The notes under the pieces were generated by a model. The model did no database searches, had not been told where the DNA came from, and worked only from the letters and a program-made list of their open reading frames with translations. The position numbers and the translations under genes are program-made. A stretch of DNA of 63,975 bases, counting the filler, from Candidatus Sysuiplasma jiujiangense (lineage in GTDB: Archaea > Thermoplasmatota > Thermoplasmata > Sysuiplasmatales > Sysuiplasmataceae): assembly GCA_019721075.1 (NCBI GenBank). It is 6 parts of 6 records of this genome, joined end to end, with 100 filler letters (N's around TTAATTAATTAA, not from the genome) between each part and the next. Parts side by side here need not be neighbours in the genome. Positions count along the whole stretch, not along the records: positions 15,750 to 29,979 come from JAHEAD010000028.1; positions 30,080 to 43,489 come from JAHEAD010000029.1; 4 more parts are not named here. One strand, given 5' to 3'. Shown piece by piece: positions 20,320-30,791 of the stretch (position 1 is the first letter of the stretch; each line of letters begins with the position of its first letter).

Positions 20320-21720
20320 ATGGAGATTTCGGTGATGTCAAAAGCGGGAAGATTGTTCGGCGGCATAGATGTTGGCTCCTCATCCATAAAGACGAGCGTC
20401 ATTGATGCCGGAACAGGTAAAATCGTAACTGCACGAAAGAGGCGTTACAGAGGCGACATGCTTGCCGGTAATTCAGTCCAAGTCAATGAAATTTACAGCG
20501 AATTTGTAAAGGAAATAGGCTCACTCTCGAATGAGGACGTTACTTCAATTGGCCTCTCCTGCATGGCACCGGTGCTCATACCGGTTGATTCAAATTTCGA
20601 ACCTCTGACTGCAATACCATATAACTCACTCCTTGGTTCGGAATTTTTCGGGAAGAACCTGAATTTTAACTTTAGAATGATTAATTTCAACAGTCCCAAC
20701 GTCCAGATGTTCCCGCAAAAAATACTCTGGCTCTGGAAGAACAACCCGGAAGTTCTGGAAGAGGCTTCGTACATTGTCGATCTCAATGCATATCTGCTGG
20801 GCAGGATGTGCGGGAACCAAGAAAGAACGCCTGTCCAGGATTATCCGACGGCGGTTGAATGGGGACTGGTTGACTCGAGGAAGAGAGACTGGTGGAAGCC
20901 CGTTGCAGAAAAACTGGGCATCAGAGCAAAGCTGCCAGAACTTGTTGAGCCTGAATTTGCAACCGACATAGGAGATACACGCCTCTGTATCGGCACCGTT
21001 GACACTCTAGTGTCATCCCTGGGAGCGATAGGCCTCGACAGTAGCCTGTTGTTCGTTTCCAACGGCTCAACTCTCTGCGCAGGCTTTGTTTCGAAGAAAC
21101 CTGTTATCACTGACAATCTATATTGTGATGCCTACTTTTCGGGAAGATACCTAATTGATGGCTGCAATTCGCAGTTTTCCACCGTTCTTGATTTTGCGGA
21201 GAGATTGTTCAAAACAAAGATAGACATCAACGATGTGGATGAAAAACCTACGGAAGTGACTTTCATGCCTTATCTGGCGGGAGAAAGATGTCCTCTTTTC
21301 AACACTTCACTGAGAGGCGGTTTCTACGGTTTTAACGCCGAAACATCGATGGACGATATTATAAAATCTGTTGTCCATTCACTTGCCTATCTAACCATCG
21401 ATATGCTGGAAGCGATAATAAAATTGTCCGGACGAAGGCGTGAAATTGTTGTCGGAGGCGGTGTGGGTGGGCGCACGATAGGGCCGATTGTAGCCACTGT
21501 CGCAGGCATGAATTACAATTTCCTTAATTATGATCCAGGCAGCGTCGGTGCAGCCCTGATTGCCATGAAATCATCCTCTGCAATTGCGTCATATCCGCTC
21601 AGAACCTTCAGGTACATTGGTGGTGAAACTGAAACATACACCCCGGACAGGTCGCTTAATGCACATGCTGCAGCTTATGAGCGCTTCACTAAACTCAGAA
21701 GGAAACTTGAAAATTTTTGA
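20320..21720 (+). CDS. FGGY-family carbohydrate kinase (xylulokinase-like)
   Basis: GIDVGSSSIK, PYLAGERCP, VGGG, GAALIA. Confidence 0.88.
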   Translation: MEISVMSKAGRLFGGIDVGSSSIKTSVIDAGTGKIVTARKRRYRGDMLAGNSVQVNEIYSEFVKEIGSLSNEDVTSIGLSCMAPVLIPVDSNFEPLTAIPYNSLLGSEFFGKNLNFNFRMINFNSPNVQMFPQKILWLWKNNPEVLEEASYIVDLNAYLLGRMCGNQERTPVQDYPTAVEWGLVDSRKRDWWKPVAEKLGIRAKLPELVEPEFATDIGDTRLCIGTVDTLVSSLGAIGLDSSLLFVSNGSTLCAGFVSKKPVITDNLYCDAYFSGRYLIDGCNSQFSTVLDFAERLFKTKIDINDVDEKPTEVTFMPYLAGERCPLFNTSLRGGFYGFNAETSMDDIIKSVVHSLAYLTIDMLEAIIKLSGRRREIVVGGGVGGRTIGPIVATVAGMNYNFLNYDPGSVGAALIAMKSSSAIASYPLRTFRYIGGETETYTPDRSLNAHAAAYERFTKLRRKLENF

Positions 21721-21764
21721 GAAACCACTTTCACGCTGCGGTTGGCATCTTTATTCAACAGTCG

Positions 21765-23270
21765 TCACTTACTGCCGAATACCTGATAGTACCATTTCTT
21801 CCTGACAGCACCGCTTACATCAAAGTAGACATGTTTGATGTTGGTGAATTCTTCAAGCGAATATGAAGACAGAGAGGCTCCATGCCCGCTGTGCTTGTAA
21901 CCTGCCCAAGGCATTTCTGAGGGGACAACAACATGCTCGTTTACCCAGACGGTTCCAAATCGAAGATCGCGAACGGCATGGAGAGCTTTATTCATGTCCG
22001 ATGTCCAGACAGATGCCCCGAGGCCGTAAATGACATCGTTGCATCGCCGTATTGCGTCATCGTAATCTGTGAATGATAAAATGGTGTATACTGGACCGAA
22101 TATCTCCTCTTTGACTATGCGGGATTCCTCATTTTCAGTTCTGATGACCGTCGGCGAAATGAAGAAGCCTCCTTCACAACCCTCTATTTTGGGTTCGAAG
22201 CCGCCATGTTTCAGAAGGCCCCCTTCCTCCATGCCCAACTTTATGTAATCTTCTACCCTTTTTCTGTGGGCTGAGGATATCAGCGGTCCCATGTCAGTAC
22301 CATGATCCAGCGGACTGCCTATCTTCACTTCCTTCAACTTTTCAATCAGCTTACTTTCAAATTTATCCACCATATCTTCATGGATGTAGTAACGGGTTGA
22401 ATTGGCACAATCCTGCCCGTTATTTACCAGACCTCCAACGACAGCCCCTTCGACTGCTGCAGGCAGTCTGGCATCCTTGAATACAACAAATGGAGCCTTA
22501 CCCCCCAGCTCGAGCGATATCTTCTTTAAAGAGCCATAACCGGAAAGTTTCCTTCCGACTTCCTCGCTTCCTGTGAATGCGATCATATCGACTTGAGAGC
22601 TCTTTGCCATTTCCTCCCCAATTTCAGGGCCAGGTCCTGTAATGATGTTCAGAACACCTTTTGGAATTCCAGCGATTTGTGCAAGTTTGCCGAATTCCAG
22701 TGTTGTCAGAGGCGTATAGCTTGCGGGCTTCAATACCACCGTATTGCCCATGAGCAGGGCGGGAACTGCCCTCCAGACTACCATCATCAGTGGATAATTC
22801 CATGGAGTTATGACACCAACAACTCCAATCGGTTCTCTTCTGATGGCGCTTGTTCCCTCATCCACATACTCACCCATCGCCTTTCCATCCATATTCCTCG
22901 CGGCTCCGGCAAGAAATCTGATATTGTCCACGAGGTATGGCAGATCATAATTTGACGACTGCTTGATGGATTTCCCAGTGTTGATCGTCTCTAATCTGGC
23001 CAGCCTATCACTGTCATGCTCTATTAAATCCGCGAGGCGCATCAGTATGGCAGACCTCTCAGAGACTGGAGATTTTCTCCATCCCCCATCATCAAACGCC
23101 CTCCTGGCTGCATCTATAGCGCTGTGGACATCTTCTTTAGAAGAATGTGGTATCATGGCAATATTCTCTCCAGTCGTAGGGTTAATCACATTGCTGTTTT
23201 TCCCGTTTGAGGCGGCGCGCCATTCTCCATCAATCAAATTTTTGCACTCTGCCAATAGTGAGCCTGTCAT
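21765..23270 (-). CDS. NAD-dependent aldehyde dehydrogenase (aminoaldehyde/betaine-aldehyde type)
   Basis: PWNYP, FTGS, LELGGK, GQDC, EEIFGP. Confidence 0.95.
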   Translation of the reverse strand: MTGSLLAECKNLIDGEWRAASNGKNSNVINPTTGENIAMIPHSSKEDVHSAIDAARRAFDDGGWRKSPVSERSAILMRLADLIEHDSDRLARLETINTGKSIKQSSNYDLPYLVDNIRFLAGAARNMDGKAMGEYVDEGTSAIRREPIGVVGVITPWNYPLMMVVWRAVPALLMGNTVVLKPASYTPLTTLEFGKLAQIAGIPKGVLNIITGPGPEIGEEMAKSSQVDMIAFTGSEEVGRKLSGYGSLKKISLELGGKAPFVVFKDARLPAAVEGAVVGGLVNNGQDCANSTRYYIHEDMVDKFESKLIEKLKEVKIGSPLDHGTDMGPLISSAHRKRVEDYIKLGMEEGGLLKHGGFEPKIEGCEGGFFISPTVIRTENEESRIVKEEIFGPVYTILSFTDYDDAIRRCNDVIYGLGASVWTSDMNKALHAVRDLRFGTVWVNEHVVVPSEMPWAGYKHSGHGASLSSYSLEEFTNIKHVYFDVSGAVRKKWYYQVFGSK

Positions 23271-23728
23271 CCTTGTCCCTCATCCAGTGTAATCATATTA
23301 AGTCATTCTTCATCTAAAATGTAATCTGTCTCTCATCTGCAGGTATTGGATAGTACAGGATTATGACGAGAAGCGCAGCTGACGAAAACTGTCTCTATCA
23401 ATTCAAGCATAGTTGGCATGGATGAACCGTATGCCTTTGAACCTAATTCGGGTACCAGGGCCAATGGTTTGCAGGCACACTCTTTTGGTCAGGAATACAG
23501 GAATCCAATGTATCGTTTTCAGATAAACAAATTGCACTAAAGGACAGCATGTGTTTACCACGCGTCTGGACTGTTTGTGAAACAGTAATGCACGACGATT
23601 GAGTTTTCTGCGAACAGGGAGAATGGAGGAAAGACTTGGAAATGACAAAATGGGAACCATCAACAGATCAGGGTCTATTCCATGGTTAAATCAAAGGGAA
23701 AAGATTTGATCTTTGCAGTTCTGGCGCA

Positions 23729-24391
23729 TTAAAATGTCGCAAAGTATGTCTTGAGTCCGTAGGCACCGGGTTGTATTGTACCCTGATTGTTCGGGAAGCC
23801 CCACCATTCAGAAGTCAACATCCAGTGTCCGCCGGAATACACATAATAAAGTTCGTACGGCATAATTGCGGTGAACAGCTGATCCTTGACCGGTGCGCTC
23901 TGATTCACTGTTCCGTTGGCCATGATGTACCAAAGCTTCGAGGTAACAGTGGCTGTTGAGCCCGTGACATTTACCCTCAGCGCTCCTACCCAGTAATACA
24001 CCACGGTATCAGTGAAGTATGTTGTCCATACCTGCCTTATTGCCGCAAGACCGGAATGTGTTCCGTTCAGGGCCGCATTGTAAGCATGGTCATATGTTGT
24101 GTTTTTGACATACCAGTAGAGTGTGGCGTTCGGGCTGTACTGTGCCATTGTCAGGTTCACGTTCTCCATTCCGATGGCGTTCCAGTGCTCGAAAGCAAGC
24201 GATGTTACAATTTCGGTTTCGACAGTGGCGTTGACGGGTGAGGTTACGGCTGTTGTCGTTGTTTTCTTGGTCAGATACAATCCCCAGCCCGCACCTGCAA
24301 TGATAGCTACCACGACAATTATTGCGGCTGCAAGTGCTGCTGAGATCTTTCCGCCAGTGCCTTTGGATGTTGTAGCTGCCATACCGTGCAT
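23729..24391 (-). CDS. Membrane-anchored secreted protein with NTF2/SnoaL-like domain
   Basis: N-terminal TM; HWNAIG...YSPNATL..G...G...I...W; sequon-rich. Confidence 0.6.
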   Translation of the reverse strand: MHGMAATTSKGTGGKISAALAAAIIVVVAIIAGAGWGLYLTKKTTTTAVTSPVNATVETEIVTSLAFEHWNAIGMENVNLTMAQYSPNATLYWYVKNTTYDHAYNAALNGTHSGLAAIRQVWTTYFTDTVVYYWVGALRVNVTGSTATVTSKLWYIMANGTVNQSAPVKDQLFTAIMPYELYYVYSGGHWMLTSEWWGFPNNQGTIQPGAYGLKTYFATF

Positions 24392-24458
24392 TTTCGTGTC
24401 ATGCTATAATTACATTGGCATTTCTGTGCTAAGACAGCGTCACTGTGCCTAGACTTCG

Positions 24459-26180
24459 TCAGCTCCTGCGGAGTTTCTTCATGATGCCCGAAATACCGGT
24501 TGTATTGATTATGCTTCCCGCCTCAAGCCAGCCGCGCCTTGCCATCGAAAGGGAATACTGCATGTTGGAAAGTGATGAGGTGTGATGCGAATCCGTGCTG
24601 GCTGCAAATTTGCAGCCGTACTTTGACGCTTCAATGATGAGTGCATCGTTCAGATCGAGTCTTTCAGGCGAGCCGTTGATTTCCAGATATACGCTGCACT
24701 CCTTCGCAGCGCTGAATACCCTGTCCTTGCTGAAGGCGATCTGTTCCCGCCGTCCTATTTCCCTCGCCGTCGGATGCCCGAAGACAGTGAGATGTTCGTT
24801 GGAGAAGGCGGTCAGTATCCTTTCTGTCATTTCCTTCTGCTCCATGTTGAATCTGGAGTGTATTGAACCAATGGCATAATCAAGCCTTGAAAGTATATCG
24901 CTTTCATAGTCAAGCCTTCCGTCAGGCAGTATGTCAACCTCGCTTCCGCACAGGACGCGGATGCGAAATTTACCCGATTCATTGAGTTTTTCAATTCTTC
25001 TTATCTGCGCATCCATCCTCTCGTCGGAGAGGCCGTTTGCGACTTTGACGCTACGTGAATGATCTGTTATGCCGATGTACTCATAACCCATTTTCTGGGC
25101 CGCGCCTGCCATTTCCTCCAGGGAACTGCTGCCATCGCTCCAGTCTGTGTGGCAGTGCAGATCGCCCCGGATATCCGACTGCCGGACGAGTTCTGGCAGA
25201 CGGTGCGACGCGGCTGCCTCTATCTCTCCCCTTGCCTCACGCAGTTCAGGAGGAATGAAGTCGAGACCAAGCGCGGCATAAACCTCCTCCTCAGTCCTTC
25301 CCGCCACCACAGAATCGCCGCTCCTGCTGAACAGCGCGTATTCATTGAGTTTGTAATTGCGTTCGATGGATATTGTCCTGAGTATTACATTGTGATCCTT
25401 TGAGCCGGTGAAATACAGCAGGGCAGCACCATAGCTGCTGTCGTCGACAACCCGCAGGTCCACCTGAATGCCGTTCTCCAGTGTAACGCTTGACTTTGTT
25501 TCACCGCTGGCCAGTACTGTTTTCACCTCCGGCAGGGAGATCAGCGCATCCATCACCCTCTGCGGCCTGTCAGATGATATTATAATATCCAGGTCTCCGA
25601 CTGTCTCTTTCCGCCTCCGGAGCGAGCCGGCGGCAGATATCCGTCCGGCAAACGGTTTCATTTGTTCGATCACCCTGACTGCGATTGCATCCGCTTCCGA
25701 AAGAAGGAAACGTCCGCTGCTCCCGCGGTAGAATGAAATGCTCTGCAGCAGCTTTTCCTCGGTCCGTTCCCCGAAACCCTTCAGAACCCTTACCCTGTGC
25801 TCTTCGCACGCCTTCTGGAGTTCATCAATGGATGTTATTTTCAGCTCCGCGAAGAGTCTCGCGACAGTCTTGGGACCGACATCCTGCAGTTTCAGCATTT
25901 CGAGCAGCCCGGAAGGTATCCCCTTCCGCAGATTCTCAAGATATTCCAGTTTCCCGTTTCTGACGAACTCCGTAATCTTTGCAGCTATAGCCTCGCCGAT
26001 ACCGCTCAAATCAGAAAGCCTGCCCTCGGAGATGTAGTCTGAAACAGGCTTCGGGAGCGCCTCCACGGTCCTTGCGGCCTTCCTGTACGCGAGCGGTCTG
26101 AATCTGTCAGTGCCCGTGATTTCAAGGATGTTGGCTATTTCGTTGAGCAGGTCGGCAACCGGTTCGTTGGCGGGATCCAT
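24459..26180 (-). CDS. polX: DNA polymerase X / PHP 3'-5' exonuclease
   Basis: AYRKAA, GSLRR.KETVGDLD, YFTGSKDHN; PHP motifs DLHCHTDWSDG and TDSH. Confidence 0.95.
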   Translation of the reverse strand: MDPANEPVADLLNEIANILEITGTDRFRPLAYRKAARTVEALPKPVSDYISEGRLSDLSGIGEAIAAKITEFVRNGKLEYLENLRKGIPSGLLEMLKLQDVGPKTVARLFAELKITSIDELQKACEEHRVRVLKGFGERTEEKLLQSISFYRGSSGRFLLSEADAIAVRVIEQMKPFAGRISAAGSLRRRKETVGDLDIIISSDRPQRVMDALISLPEVKTVLASGETKSSVTLENGIQVDLRVVDDSSYGAALLYFTGSKDHNVILRTISIERNYKLNEYALFSRSGDSVVAGRTEEEVYAALGLDFIPPELREARGEIEAAASHRLPELVRQSDIRGDLHCHTDWSDGSSSLEEMAGAAQKMGYEYIGITDHSRSVKVANGLSDERMDAQIRRIEKLNESGKFRIRVLCGSEVDILPDGRLDYESDILSRLDYAIGSIHSRFNMEQKEMTERILTAFSNEHLTVFGHPTAREIGRREQIAFSKDRVFSAAKECSVYLEINGSPERLDLNDALIIEASKYGCKFAASTDSHHTSSLSNMQYSLSMARRGWLEAGSIINTTGISGIMKKLRRS

Positions 26181-26236
26181 CAGAGTCGGTGTAGAGAAAA
26201 CAAAGAGATATACTAATTCCTGCTTATCCGTCCGGC

Positions 26237-26485
26237 ATGAAAAGCATTACCATAAAGTACTGCCAGCCTTGCGGTTTCATGCCGAAGGCACTGGACCTCG
26301 CGAAGGATGTGCTTCAGGCATACGGCATGGAGCAGAACAAGAAGCTTAGCGTAAACCTGCAGCCGGGTGACAAGGGCATATTCGATATACTGGTTGAGGA
26401 CAGGCTGATTTTTTCCAAGGAAAAGGCGGGCAGATATCCCGATCCGCGGGAGATAGTGGAAGAAATAAGGAAAGAACTGCACTGA
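26237..26485 (+). CDS. SelT/SelW/Rdx-family redox protein (Cys form)
   Basis: ITIKYCQPCGF...G.F.I.V...IFSK...GRYP. Confidence 0.88.
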   Translation: MKSITIKYCQPCGFMPKALDLAKDVLQAYGMEQNKKLSVNLQPGDKGIFDILVEDRLIFSKEKAGRYPDPREIVEEIRKELH

Positions 26486-26602
26486 GGATGGAAGACGCAT
26501 CCGGTTGACTGCAGGGAACGGCTGCCCGGGAAACGGATGCCTGCGCTTCCACGGCAGGCGAAAGCAATTATATGCGTTGCATGTGGCAAATAAAGTAGTC
26601 GG

Positions 26603-29392
26603 ATGGAAGCGCGGGAAGTGCCTGACAGCAGGGACGACGGTCGCATCATAGAGCAGCTGGACGAACGTCTGCGAAGAACGCTGGAAAGCAGGAATATCTA
26701 CAGACTGCACCCCGTGCAGAAGAACGTCTTCCTGCCCATCTACAATGGCGAGAATGTCCTTGTATGTGCTCCGACAGGCATAGGCAAGACTGAGGCGGCC
26801 ATCCTTCCGATACTCCAGCGTATGATTGAAAGGGGAAGGGTAAAGGGGATTTCGTGCATTTACATAACGCCGCTGAGGGCTCTCAACAGGGATATGCTTG
26901 TCAGGCTCAGGGAGCTTGCCTCAAGCGTCGGACTCACTGCGGCTGTCAGGCATGGAGATACCTCGCAGGGCGAAAGGAACAGGCAGTCAGCCAATCCTCC
27001 GGACATACTTATCACTACACCCGAAACCGTTCAGATACTGCTGACAGGCAGAAACCTCAGGAAGTCGCTCGAGACAGTGCGGTACGTGATTGTTGACGAA
27101 CTGCATGAACTGGTCAGCGGGGAAAGGGGTGCCCAGCTTTCAGTCGCTCTCGAGCGTCTGAACAATATAGCAGGAGAATTCCAGAGAATTGGACTTTCCG
27201 CGACAGTCGGATCACCCGACGAGGTCGCGCAGCTTCTTGCATTCCGGAGACAGGTGAGGATAGCAGACATACCTGTTGAAAAGGAAAGGGAAATCGAGGT
27301 CAGGTGTCCGCTGCCTGACAGCACCACGGCAGAGCTTTCGGCGAATCTACAGATCGACGAAGGCATGGCGTCGGCGATCCAGATGACGAAAAGTGTGATA
27401 GACTCAAACAGGAGCACACTGTTCTTCGTCAACACAAGGGATCTTGCGGAGGCTATTTCGTCGCGTTATCACATCTGGCTTCCGGATTTTCCGCTCGGTG
27501 TCCACCATGGTTCGCTATCCAAGGATCTCAGGATTGAGATGGAGGAGCAGTTCAAAGCCGGTGCGCTCAAATGCCTGGTCTGCACATCTTCGCTGGAACT
27601 CGGCATCGACATCGGAACAGCCGATTTCACTATACAGTTCAATTCCCCGAGGCAGGTGACTAGACTCCTGCAGCGGGTAGGAAGGGCCGGGCACCGTGCA
27701 TCGGCCGTAAGCATGGGATGCATCGTTGCATACGACGAGGACGAAATACTGGAAGGGGCCGTCATTTCCAGGAGGGCTCTTGCCGGGCAGCTCGAGGAAC
27801 AGAAAGTAAGGGAAAAACCGCTGACTGTTCTGTCAAACCAGATCATTGCAATGTCCTCAGAGGGAACCTACAACGAGGAGAGCATGCATTCGACGATAAG
27901 GAGGAGCTACCCTTTCAGGAATCTTTCATACAGCGAGTTCAGGGAGGTCTACGATTTCCTTGCTGAACACAGGCTCCTCAGACTGAAGGAGGGGCAGGTG
28001 CTCAGATCTGCCAGGGGACTGCACTATTTCTACGAAAATATATCCATGATAAGGGATGAGAAGACATACAACGTCAGGGACATCAGCACGAGGAAGGTAA
28101 TAGGCACGCTTGACGAGGGGTTCGTTGTCTCGTTCGCGGAACAGGGTTCTGTATTCATAACACATGGCCGGAGCTGGAGGGTGGTTGAACTCAGGGAGAC
28201 GGAACTGCTTGTCGAGCCGATATCGGTATCTGGCGCCCTTCCCTCGTGGATAGGAGAGGAGATACCAGTACCGTTCGAAGTTGCACAGGAAGTCGGTAAA
28301 CTCAGGGCCGAAATGGACTTTTCAGATTATCCTATCGATGAGGCTGCCGTAGAGAAGGTCCGCGGTTATCTTTCATCCGTCAAGGGATCGCAGCTTCTTG
28401 CAACAGACAGAAGGATCGTGATAGAGTTCAGCGGTTACACGAAGGCGGTCATAAATGCCTGCTTCGGAAGCAGGGTAAACGAAACGCTTGCAAGGATGGT
28501 TGCCGCCGTGATTTCCGCACGTTCGGGGGAAAGCGTAGGCATAGATCTTGATCCGTACAGGATTGTACTTGATTTGCCCAGAGGCGCAAAAAGGGAGTGG
28601 ATCGCGGAAGCGCTGCGGGCCGTTCCGCCGGAAGCATTATACTCATTCCTGAGGAAGGTTGTTTCAAACAGCTCATACGCCAAGTGGCAGTTCCTCTTTG
28701 TTGCAAAGAAATTCGGTGTCATAAGGAAGGATGCAGACTACAGGGAGATGAACATGTCAAAGCTTATGCAGTCCTTCGAAAGGACTCCGGTTATGGAGGA
28801 AACGCTCGAAAAGACAATATGGGAAACAATGGATGTCGGGCGTACGGAGGAGGTTCTCAGGATGATTGCTGGAGGGGAGATAGAGGTGGTCTGCGCACCA
28901 CTCTCTCCGATCGGAAAGAAGGGTATCGACACCACAAGGGAACTATACAAGCCGTCAAGGGCCGACAGGGGCATTCTGACGGCACTGAAGAAGAGGCTCC
29001 TTGAAGAGGAATTCACCATGCTCTGCCTCAACTGTGAGGCGAGGAGGAAAACGAAGGCGGGCAGAGAGGGAAAGCGCATAAAATGCTGGAAATGCGGAAG
29101 CCCGATGATTGCGGCACTGAGCGATTATGAACTCGAAAAAATACCGCGCAGGCTCAGAGCGCCCGGAAAGCTGACGGATGAGCAGATTCGTGACGTGAGG
29201 AAACTGAGGAAGAACGCAAACCTCGTCATGGAGTACGGCCAGAAGGCACTGATAGTACTCGCAGGACGCGGGATCGGGCCTGACAGCGCCGCCAGAATAC
29301 TTTCAAGAATGGCCTCGGAAGAAGAAGATCTCCTCAAAGACATTCTGGAGCAGGAGATACAGTTTGCACGCACCAAGCGCTTCTGGGACTGA
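26603..29392 (+). CDS. lhr: Lhr-family SF2 ATP-dependent helicase
   Basis: APTGIGKT, VDELHE, SAT, HHGSLS, QRVGRAGH; C-terminal zinc motif and TKRFWD end. Confidence 0.93.
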   Translation: MEAREVPDSRDDGRIIEQLDERLRRTLESRNIYRLHPVQKNVFLPIYNGENVLVCAPTGIGKTEAAILPILQRMIERGRVKGISCIYITPLRALNRDMLVRLRELASSVGLTAAVRHGDTSQGERNRQSANPPDILITTPETVQILLTGRNLRKSLETVRYVIVDELHELVSGERGAQLSVALERLNNIAGEFQRIGLSATVGSPDEVAQLLAFRRQVRIADIPVEKEREIEVRCPLPDSTTAELSANLQIDEGMASAIQMTKSVIDSNRSTLFFVNTRDLAEAISSRYHIWLPDFPLGVHHGSLSKDLRIEMEEQFKAGALKCLVCTSSLELGIDIGTADFTIQFNSPRQVTRLLQRVGRAGHRASAVSMGCIVAYDEDEILEGAVISRRALAGQLEEQKVREKPLTVLSNQIIAMSSEGTYNEESMHSTIRRSYPFRNLSYSEFREVYDFLAEHRLLRLKEGQVLRSARGLHYFYENISMIRDEKTYNVRDISTRKVIGTLDEGFVVSFAEQGSVFITHGRSWRVVELRETELLVEPISVSGALPSWIGEEIPVPFEVAQEVGKLRAEMDFSDYPIDEAAVEKVRGYLSSVKGSQLLATDRRIVIEFSGYTKAVINACFGSRVNETLARMVAAVISARSGESVGIDLDPYRIVLDLPRGAKREWIAEALRAVPPEALYSFLRKVVSNSSYAKWQFLFVAKKFGVIRKDADYREMNMSKLMQSFERTPVMEETLEKTIWETMDVGRTEEVLRMIAGGEIEVVCAPLSPIGKKGIDTTRELYKPSRADRGILTALKKRLLEEEFTMLCLNCEARRKTKAGREGKRIKCWKCGSPMIAALSDYELEKIPRRLRAPGKLTDEQIRDVRKLRKNANLVMEYGQKALIVLAGRGIGPDSAARILSRMASEEEDLLKDILEQEIQFARTKRFWD

Positions 29393-29517
29393 ACACCGAC
29401 CGGTTCATTGTGATTCCAATTCTCTCATATTCCGTCCCTAACTCTTCCTTCCGCCTGCTGCTTGCTTATCCTCCTGATTTCTGATATGAGAGCATGGAAA
29501 AGCGTTACAGGATTTGA

Positions 29518-29979
29518 TTATTTTTCATTTGTTACCATGACCCACATATTTTCAGGAATATTGACATTTATAGCATCTTTCGTTTCTGCAACGTGACCTG
29601 CATTGAGCTTGTAATGAACGGAAACGTAGAAATCAACGAGACCGAAACCTGTGTGGAATTTCCCATCGCCCCATCCTCCTTTTGCAAGTACAATTGCCCC
29701 TGCAGAATTTCCTATTATCACTCCCGAGAATTCAAGTAACCTGTACTGCAAAGCCCTCTGTTTTAACTCGCGATATAGGACCTCAGTGTCTCCACCCGGA
29801 AGATAAACGACGTCTACCTCAGAGAATTTTCGTTGGATATCATTTTCAGGATCGGTTTTGGCCAGGAACAATACCTCTTCGAAGCCGCAATGTGAAAAAT
29901 AGTCGCGGAGCACCCTAGAATATTCGGCTTCCTTCTCAAGCGAATCCGAAGTCCATGGTATAACCAGGATTTTCCCTGA
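29518..29979 (-). CDS. Peptidase S51 / class I glutamine amidotransferase-like, 5'-truncated
   Basis: YLPGGDT, GNSAGA, and the GLVDF...HY motif. Confidence 0.8.
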   Translation of the reverse strand, partial: SGKILVIPWTSDSLEKEAEYSRVLRDYFSHCGFEEVLFLAKTDPENDIQRKFSEVDVVYLPGGDTEVLYRELKQRALQYRLLEFSGVIIGNSAGAIVLAKGGWGDGKFHTGFGLVDFYVSVHYKLNAGHVAETKDAINVNIPENMWVMVTNEK

Positions 29980-30272
29980 NNNNNNNNNNNNNNNNNNNNN
30001 NNNNNNNNNNNNNNNNNNNNNNNTTAATTAATTAANNNNNNNNNNNNNNNNNNNNNNNNNNNNNNNNNNNNNNNNNNNNAGGCGGGAGGTTACAGAGCCG
30101 TGTGCTCAGTGCCCGCCTGTGATTCAGGAAATGAACACCACATCCAACGGAATAAGTGGGTAAGTTTCGTGGAACGGTATTATGGAAGAGAATAAGGGCA
30201 AGGATAAGTACAGACGCGAACTGAACTTCTGGCATGTTGTATTCCTTTCAACCGGTGGAATAGTTACAAATT

Positions 30273-30492
30273 TCATAGACAGATATTCCTGCCTGTAAAT
30301 TTATTTGGAAGCGAACGGAGACTATAGACTCCCGCCAGCCCCAGCAGCCTGATGTTCTGCACACCATTCATGTCGGCGTCGTCCGTGTGTCCACAGTGGA
30401 CGCACATGAACACCTTGCCGCCGCGGCTTCGCCTGTCCCACTTGCCGCAGAACCGGCAGAACTGCGATGTCTTCCAGGGAGACACACGTCTC
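30273..30492 (-). pseudogene. tnpB: TnpB (IS200/IS605/IS607) C-terminal remnant
   Basis: VSPWKTSQFCRFCG...FMCVHCGHTDDADMNGVQNI zinc-ribbon/RuvC-III signature; N-terminal part absent. Confidence 0.85.
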
Positions 30493-30512
30493 AGTTCAAT
30501 CATAAAAGCAGT

Positions 30513-30617
30513 GGATGGATCTGCTTTAAGATCGTGTTGCTTTGCTACAATGACGTCGTGCTGCCCACGGGAACGGTCTTCGGATGGATCTGCTTTAAGA
30601 TCGTGTTGCTTTGCTAC
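30513..30617. CRISPR. Minimal CRISPR-like array: two identical 36-bp repeats and one 33-bp spacer
   Basis: GGATGGATCTGCTTTAAGATCGTGTTGCTTTGCTAC at 30513-30548 and 30582-30617; internal GATCT/AGATC stem; no cas genes in the window. Confidence 0.6.
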
Positions 30618-30791
30618 CGTATAGTCAACAACATTCCATGCTTTCACCCTATTAATTGGATTTTGTACGGGGCTTTCTCACCCAGTTTTTATCTGACATT
30701 TAGTTCCGTTGCATATGGCACATTCGTATGTTTGCCACTGCCCGCAGCCCGGTTTACCTGTTCGTGCCCTCACAAAGGAGTTATTCGGGCG

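Noticed and set aside
30240..30267. TATTCC-N11-GGAATA-GTTAC hairpin resembling an IS200/IS605 end
   Set aside because: Short, and its orientation does not clearly fit the minus-strand tnpB remnant; cannot be supported without a covariance search
30273..30647. 124-aa ORF as an intact Cas12f/TnpB nuclease
   Set aside because: Its N-terminus is just the translated repeats; RuvC-I/II and the REC/WED regions are missing
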